NCBI GenBank assembly: GCA_965240325.2
Contig: OZ251253.1
Coordinates: 310,001-374,000 of the forward strand
Length of the DNA: 64,000 bases
Source: Rebecca billardiae RCC1528
Lineage: Eukaryota > Protista > Haptophyta
Direction of reading: 5' to 3'
Below, in pieces: positions 58,739-64,000 of the stretch; positions within the stretch are counted from its first letter, which is position 1, and every line of letters begins with the position of its first letter. A program made the position numbers and the translations under genes. The notes beneath the pieces are model-generated. The model worked only from the letters and a program-made list of their open reading frames with translations. It had not been told where the DNA came from and did no database searches.

Positions 58739-59248
58739 TGGTCTTTCTGCCGGCGGATCGCGTGATGGCAGAGGAGCACTGCAGCTGCGCCTTCTCCCCC
58801 GGGCGACCCGGCGCCAGCGGCGCGGCGCGCGCGCGGCTGCGACTCGGCGCTCGCGCTCGACCCGTACGACAGCCGCACCGGACTCGCTGCGCCCCTTGGC
58901 TCGCTTGCCCACCGAGCGCCCGCGCGGACCTGGCATGCGGGCCGCGGGCCGTGCCCAAGGTACCAATCATCAAATTTGTGCGACGCCGCTAGCGGCGAGG
59001 TTGGCACCGGCGACGAGTAGGATGGGTTCTTGACCTCCGCACGTCCCACGCGGAAGTCAAGAGCGCGTCGGAGCGGCCGGGGACCGCGACCTCGTCGCTG
59101 CCGCCGTCGCACAAATTCGCGCACGTCGGCCGTGGCACGTCGGGTTGTGAGTATCGTTAATGACATGATCATCATCACAAGGGTATCTGCATATGTAAAG
59201 CCCTGATCAACAGTCGAGGTGTCGAGGTGTAAGTACTGAGCGTCGATA

Positions 59249-59547
59249 CCATTAGTACAGAGAGACGCAAATGGTGAGCGCTGCTTCGACGACACTGGTC
59301 AGGGAGGACAGGGTGATGTAGAATTGGGGAATCTTCAACGAAAGGGTATTCAGACTCCATTAGTACAGAGAGACGCAAATGGTGAGCGCTGCTTCGACGA
59401 CACTGGACATCCTCCATTAACTCCATTCAGTACTTCGACAGACGAATCAGGAGAGCTGCGCCCTCGTGCCTGTGTCATAGAATTGGTCAGGGAGGACAGG
59501 GTGATGTAGAATTGGGGAATCCTCAACGAAAGGGTATTCAGACTCCA
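59249..59547 (+). repeat. Mosaic direct repeat A-B-A-C-B
   Basis: A 59249-59298 = 59357-59406; B 59296-59359 ~ 59484-59547; C 59406-59485 ~ 58648-58738 minus 8 nt. Confidence 0.88.
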
Positions 59548-59839
59548 CATTTTCAATTTGCGATACCCTCGGCGGCGGCGGGGGCCTCAAGAAAGAACTG
59601 CCCCACGCCCGCCACCTCACAGAGAGACGAGAGCTTCCGAGGCGCCATCGCCCGCCACTGCAAGCCGACGTCGGAAAGCCCACCCACGTGGTGCGGCGTG
59701 CCGCCCGTGCGCGAGACCGGCGGGACTGCGGCCCATTGTGCTCGGCGTGTGCGCCCGCTGACCGCGCCAGTGCCCCCACGTCACGCTGTGCGCCTGCCGC
59801 GGCCCGGCAGCGTGCGCGCTCGCTCTGCATCGTCCCGCG

Positions 59840-60298
59840 ATGGCGTGTGTGCAGATCGCGAACAACACGCCGTACACGTTCACGAAGGTGGACTCGCACG
59901 CGTCCCAGATGGAGGACTGGGGGCCCTTCCCCGACTCCATCGCGCCCCACGCCGACCCGCTGGCCTACTACGCACTTTTCTTCGGCCCGGATGCTGACCC
60001 AAACTATGACGTCGCCAAGTGCGGCGGCGACGTGGAGTACAGAATCGACGGCGCGGGCCTCGACAAGTCGTTCCACGTGCACGCCGGCGCGTCGTCGCCG
60101 GTCGCGACGGCCTCCTTCGGCCCGGAGAAGACCACCCAGATCGAGCTGACGCTCAGGCCGCTGCCCGGCACCGAGTGTGTGAGCTACTTCAGCGGCCCGG
60201 TCTCGCCAGCCGGCGGGGATACTGGCCTGACCTATCTGCTGCAAGTCGGAGGCACGGGCGGCGCGCTCAACCTCGCGACGGGGCCGGCGGGCCAGTGA
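59840..60298 (+). CDS. Small beta-rich protein resembling the N-terminal domain of fungal PLC-like phosphodiesterases (aegerolysin-like pattern)
   Basis: Strong codon bias; IANNTPYTFTKVDSHASQMEDWGPFPDSIAP...GGDVEYRIDG...SFHVHA; family resemblance is from memory. Confidence 0.55.
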   Translation: MACVQIANNTPYTFTKVDSHASQMEDWGPFPDSIAPHADPLAYYALFFGPDADPNYDVAKCGGDVEYRIDGAGLDKSFHVHAGASSPVATASFGPEKTTQIELTLRPLPGTECVSYFSGPVSPAGGDTGLTYLLQVGGTGGALNLATGPAGQ

Positions 60299-61060
60299 GT
60301 GGCGCACGCACTGCCACCGGCCCACGCCGCCAACACGGCACGCCCGTCGGGCTGAGCCTACGCGGCGGGCCTACGATCTAGTCCGGGGGCGGCCGATGTG
60401 TGTCCATGCGCCGAGCGCCGCGCGCCGCGGGGCTGCTGGCTGTCCAGTGGGCAGTACCGTGCACGCGCGCGGCATCGGCATCGCACTTTGCCTGAAGGCG
60501 CTGTACCCGGCATGGTGGCGCAATGCCCATCGGGACGCGGTATACGAGCCACCCGCGAGTTCAGTCGACGCCGGGCACGCCGGCGGACCCGGCGCCGGCC
60601 CGCTCGGCCCGTCGGGCGGCCGCCGCGAGCCGCGCCCGGCGCCGCCGCGCCGGCAGCTCACGGAGCCTCTGTCAGTCCGTCCAGCGTCGTCGACTGAGTA
60701 GCGAGTGTCGCCATGATACATGGCTTTCACCGCCAACTCGCACGCAACATGCAGTTGGCCGCGCAGCGGGTTGGCCATAGAGGGATCGCGTCGTGATTGC
60801 CCGCCATCACGCCGACGCGACACGGTCACGGCGGGCGACTCGAACGATGAAGACGATAGAGTCCGGGGCCACCGCCGAACAGTGGCGGACAGCACTGGCG
60901 GTACCCCTCCCTGTCCAGTCGCCAGTGGAGGGGATTACGTCATTGACGGGCTGCCGCAGCAGCTCAGGCGGCAGGCGAGGCTCGGGGACGGCCCGGTCAG
61001 CCCGTCGGGTACACGAGGTGTCGGGCGGCGCGGCGCGCGGCGCGGCGTCACCCCGTCGCC

Positions 61061-62137
61061 ATGCCCTTCGAGTTCGTGCCCCGCAACGCCTCGATCGACA
61101 TCACGGACCGCGACTCGGTGGTGATGAAGAATTGGCAAAAATGGTGGGAGGTGGAGTCGGTGGCGCGCGCGGACCTGCACGGCGTCGTGCCGATGAAGAT
61201 GCCGTTCCAGGGGGACGCGCTGCACCCGACCAACCTGACGGTGGAGACCCTCCTGCGCATCTACCCGCGCGTCGGCCGCATCATCGACCTGCAGTCGGAC
61301 GGCGCAGCGTATGAGGCGCCCGCGCACGTCGAGCGCATACGCATGACGTCCAAGTCGAAGCAGCCGCCGAGCCCGGAGGTGGTAGCGGAGTTCATCTCGC
61401 ACGTGCAGCCGTACATGCGCGCCAACCCCGGGCGCCTCGTCGGCGTGCACTGCCACTACGGCTTCAACCGGACCGGGTTTCTCGTGTGTGCGTACCTGTG
61501 CGAGTGCTGTGGCGTGGGCGCGTGCGAGGCCATTCAAATGTTCGCCGCGGCGCGGCCGCCGGGGATCAAGCACGAGCACTTCAAAGAGGAGCTGCACCGG
61601 CGGTATATGCCGCGCGGCGGGCCGCTCGCGCGCTTGCGATCCCGCCTCCTCGGCGGGTCCGCGGCGGGCGCGCGCGGCGCGGCGACCGGCGGTGGCGACG
61701 GCGGCTGCGCGGCGGCGGGCGCCGTGACTGGCGGCGGTGGCGCCGAGAGCCGGTGGGCTCGAGAGCAGTGGCGGCCGTTGGCGGTCGCGCTGGTGCTGGC
61801 CACGACGGTCGTTGGCCTCACGCTCGTCGCTGGCCCGTTCTCGAGCGCGCGCCGAGCGGCGCTCGCCGACGCTCAGGCTCGGCCGGCGGGCGCAGGGACG
61901 CATGCGCGCGGCACGGGCGGCGGCAGCGGCGCGCTTGGCGGGCCGCAGCAGGCGTGGCGTGGGGCCGCGGCGCGAGGAGGCGGCGGCGCGGCTCGGGGCG
62001 CGTCGGGGGGCGGTGGAGCAGGGGCCGACGCCGTCGGTGGTGCGCGCGGCCGCGCAGCACACCTCAGCCCCAGGCCGGGCCTGGCCGATCACTCGGGCGG
62101 CGTGGCCACTCGAAGTGGGGCGCAAGCGTTCTGCTGA
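61061..62137 (+). CDS. Dual-specificity / RNA 5'-triphosphatase-type cysteine phosphatase (DUSP11 / capping-enzyme N-domain-like) with C-terminal TM helix
   Basis: VPMKMP, GRIIDL, PPSPEVVAEF, GVHCHYGFNRTGFLVCAYL, FAAARPPGIKHEHFKEELHRRY. Confidence 0.85.
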   Translation: MPFEFVPRNASIDITDRDSVVMKNWQKWWEVESVARADLHGVVPMKMPFQGDALHPTNLTVETLLRIYPRVGRIIDLQSDGAAYEAPAHVERIRMTSKSKQPPSPEVVAEFISHVQPYMRANPGRLVGVHCHYGFNRTGFLVCAYLCECCGVGACEAIQMFAAARPPGIKHEHFKEELHRRYMPRGGPLARLRSRLLGGSAAGARGAATGGGDGGCAAAGAVTGGGGAESRWAREQWRPLAVALVLATTVVGLTLVAGPFSSARRAALADAQARPAGAGTHARGTGGGSGALGGPQQAWRGAAARGGGGAARGASGGGGAGADAVGGARGRAAHLSPRPGLADHSGGVATRSGAQAFC

Positions 62138-62412
62138 GTCCCGCGCGACGATCCGTCAAAGGGAGACGGTGCGCGCGAGGCCGTGCCGGCTTGCTTCGGA
62201 CTGCGGACGATGCGGCCCCTGCCGGGGGCCACGACCAGGTCGAACGAGTGATGAACGAGTTGAACGACTTACACTGTACGTACAGTACAGTTTACTGCAC
62301 AGTGTAATGTACGTACTAGTACACGACTGTAGATCTGAGAGGGAGAACTGAAACAGACTTGTTGCCTTGGGACCGCCGTCGTCGTCAGCCCCGCTGCACG
62401 CGCGCGCGCGCG

Positions 62413-63879
62413 ATGATGGCAGCGGCGCTCGCGACGCACCTCTGCCTCCTCTCCGCCGGCTTCGCGCGTCCGGCGGCGCTGCGCCTGCCCGTCGGCGCGC
62501 GCGTGTATGCGCCGCCGCCGACGCCCCCGCTCCGCCGCCTCGCGCCGCACGCGGCTGCGGCCGCGCGCGTCGTCGCGTCGTCGAGCGCGGCCGAGGGCGG
62601 CGGCGCCGGCGCCGACGACGCGCCGACGGTGCTGGTCGACGGGAAGCCGGTGGGCGCGGGCACGCCGGTGATCTGCGCGGACGACTTTGGCGCGTGGTGG
62701 ATGGCCACCGTCGTCTCCGTCCGCGTGCGCGAGCCCGAGACTGCCGACGTGCTTGTGCATTACGACGGCTGCGATCCGGGGTGGGACGAGTGGATAGCGC
62801 TGGGATCCGGGCGGGTGCAGCCGCGGCCGACGACGGGCGTGGCGCCGGAGCAGGAGACGTGGCGGGACGTGGGCGAGGACCTCGACGAGGTCGCCGACGC
62901 CGAGCTCCTCGCCACGCTCCGCGCCGAGCGGCAGGCCACCATCGACCAGTGGCAGTTCAACACGCTCTGCTCGGCGCACGCGGGCGCGTGGGTGGGCGAG
63001 TGCGTCCGTTACGAGGCGAGGCGTAACGGCGGCGCGGCGGGCGCGGGCGGGCTCACGCTCGAGCCGTCCGAGCCGCGGTGCGTGCGCTCCCTCGTGCTCC
63101 CGCGCTCGGACGACGGCACCGCCGCCGCGCGCTCGCTCACGCTCGCCGAGGCGGCCGTGGACGCGCGCGGGATTCCGCAGGACTCGTCCGGACGCTCCCG
63201 GACTCTCGTGCCGCAGGAGCTGCGCGCGGCGCGCGGCGCGATGGCTGTGGGCGACGCGTACACCGTCGCGTACAGCCCGGAGCCCGGCGCGCCGCCCGAC
63301 GACCAGCCGCTCGTCCTTGAGCTCGCCATCGCCCACGACCCGCTGCGCACGCCCGGCGCGGCCGACGCGCGCGCGCTCGCGAGCGAGGCCGCCGCGCGCG
63401 CCGGCGTCGAGCACCAGGCGGAGGCGTTCACCCGGCTGCGCTGCACGCTGGGCTACGCGCCGTTCGACGCCGACGCGCGGCGGCTCGAGTGGGTCGAGAT
63501 CGTGCGCGAGATGTACGCGGGCGACGAGCCCGCGGGCTCGGCGGGCGCGGCGGGCGGCGCGCCGGACGCGGTCCGCGCCGCGCTCGGCACGGTCGCGTGC
63601 GCCGCGCACGGCGGCCCCGCGGGCACGGGCCTGTACGACGGCGAGGCGCAGCTGGGCGGCGCCGAGCTGTACAGCTTGTACGCGCCCGGCGGCGTCACCG
63701 TCGTCGCGCCCGCCGCGCTGCGCCGCGGCGCGCCCGCGGCGCTCTCGGTCGACTGGGAGGCGCGTGGCATGCGGTATCAGGCCGATAGGAAGGCGGGCGG
63801 GGAGCACGACGGCTCCCTGCTCACGCTCGAGCTCACGGAGGCGGAGGGCTCGGACGCGAAGGGGCGGGAGGGCGCGTGA
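62413..63879 (+). CDS. Putative plastid-targeted protein with Tudor-knot/chromo-barrel domain and DUF3598-like beta-barrel
   Basis: Signal + Arg/Pro-rich transit-like N-terminus; WWMATVV...VLVHYDGCDPGWDEWI; HAGAWVGECVRY...LYAPGGVTVVAP...LSVDW...RYQADRK...DGSLLTLELTE. Confidence 0.6.
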   Translation: MMAAALATHLCLLSAGFARPAALRLPVGARVYAPPPTPPLRRLAPHAAAAARVVASSSAAEGGGAGADDAPTVLVDGKPVGAGTPVICADDFGAWWMATVVSVRVREPETADVLVHYDGCDPGWDEWIALGSGRVQPRPTTGVAPEQETWRDVGEDLDEVADAELLATLRAERQATIDQWQFNTLCSAHAGAWVGECVRYEARRNGGAAGAGGLTLEPSEPRCVRSLVLPRSDDGTAAARSLTLAEAAVDARGIPQDSSGRSRTLVPQELRAARGAMAVGDAYTVAYSPEPGAPPDDQPLVLELAIAHDPLRTPGAADARALASEAAARAGVEHQAEAFTRLRCTLGYAPFDADARRLEWVEIVREMYAGDEPAGSAGAAGGAPDAVRAALGTVACAAHGGPAGTGLYDGEAQLGGAELYSLYAPGGVTVVAPAALRRGAPAALSVDWEARGMRYQADRKAGGEHDGSLLTLELTEAEGSDAKGREGA

Positions 63880-64000
63880 GCGAGCGGGCAGGCTGCGCCC
63901 GCCGCGCACCGCCACGCACCGCCACCGCGGCGCGCGTCCATCAGGGCCGACGACCGACCTCGTGAGCGCGCGACGCGCGCGTGTTGCTGTCAGTCAGTCG

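Noticed and set aside
58302-59547. CRISPR array
   Set aside because: The 24-bp units are contiguous with no spacers, the A/B/C blocks are not repeat-unique spacer, there are no cas genes, and the context is eukaryotic

Overview
This is eukaryotic nuclear DNA, not prokaryotic. It is very GC-rich, with GT-AG introns, a flagellar gene (CFAP53), DPY-30, a homeobox gene and signal+transit-peptide plastid-type proteins; a haptophyte-like alga is my inference. It holds about 18 ordinary genes, mostly in tight head-to-head pairs with (AT)n islands at convergent 3' ends, plus several transposon remnants. These include a Mutator-like element with a perfect 9-bp TSD, a MITE, a truncated RLE-type LINE and a four-copy dispersed repeat. 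The standout is a ~14 kb tandem array (35.8-50.1 kb) of six paralogous genes carrying 14 AP2 DNA-binding domains plus a conserved C-terminal coiled coil. Codons at the predicted base-contacting beta-sheet positions vary widely while neighbouring codons are conserved even at synonymous sites, and modules are shuffled between copies. This is a candidate rapidly diversifying DNA-recognition repertoire. No rRNA, tRNA or CRISPR array was recognised. All family calls are by eye; no searches were run.
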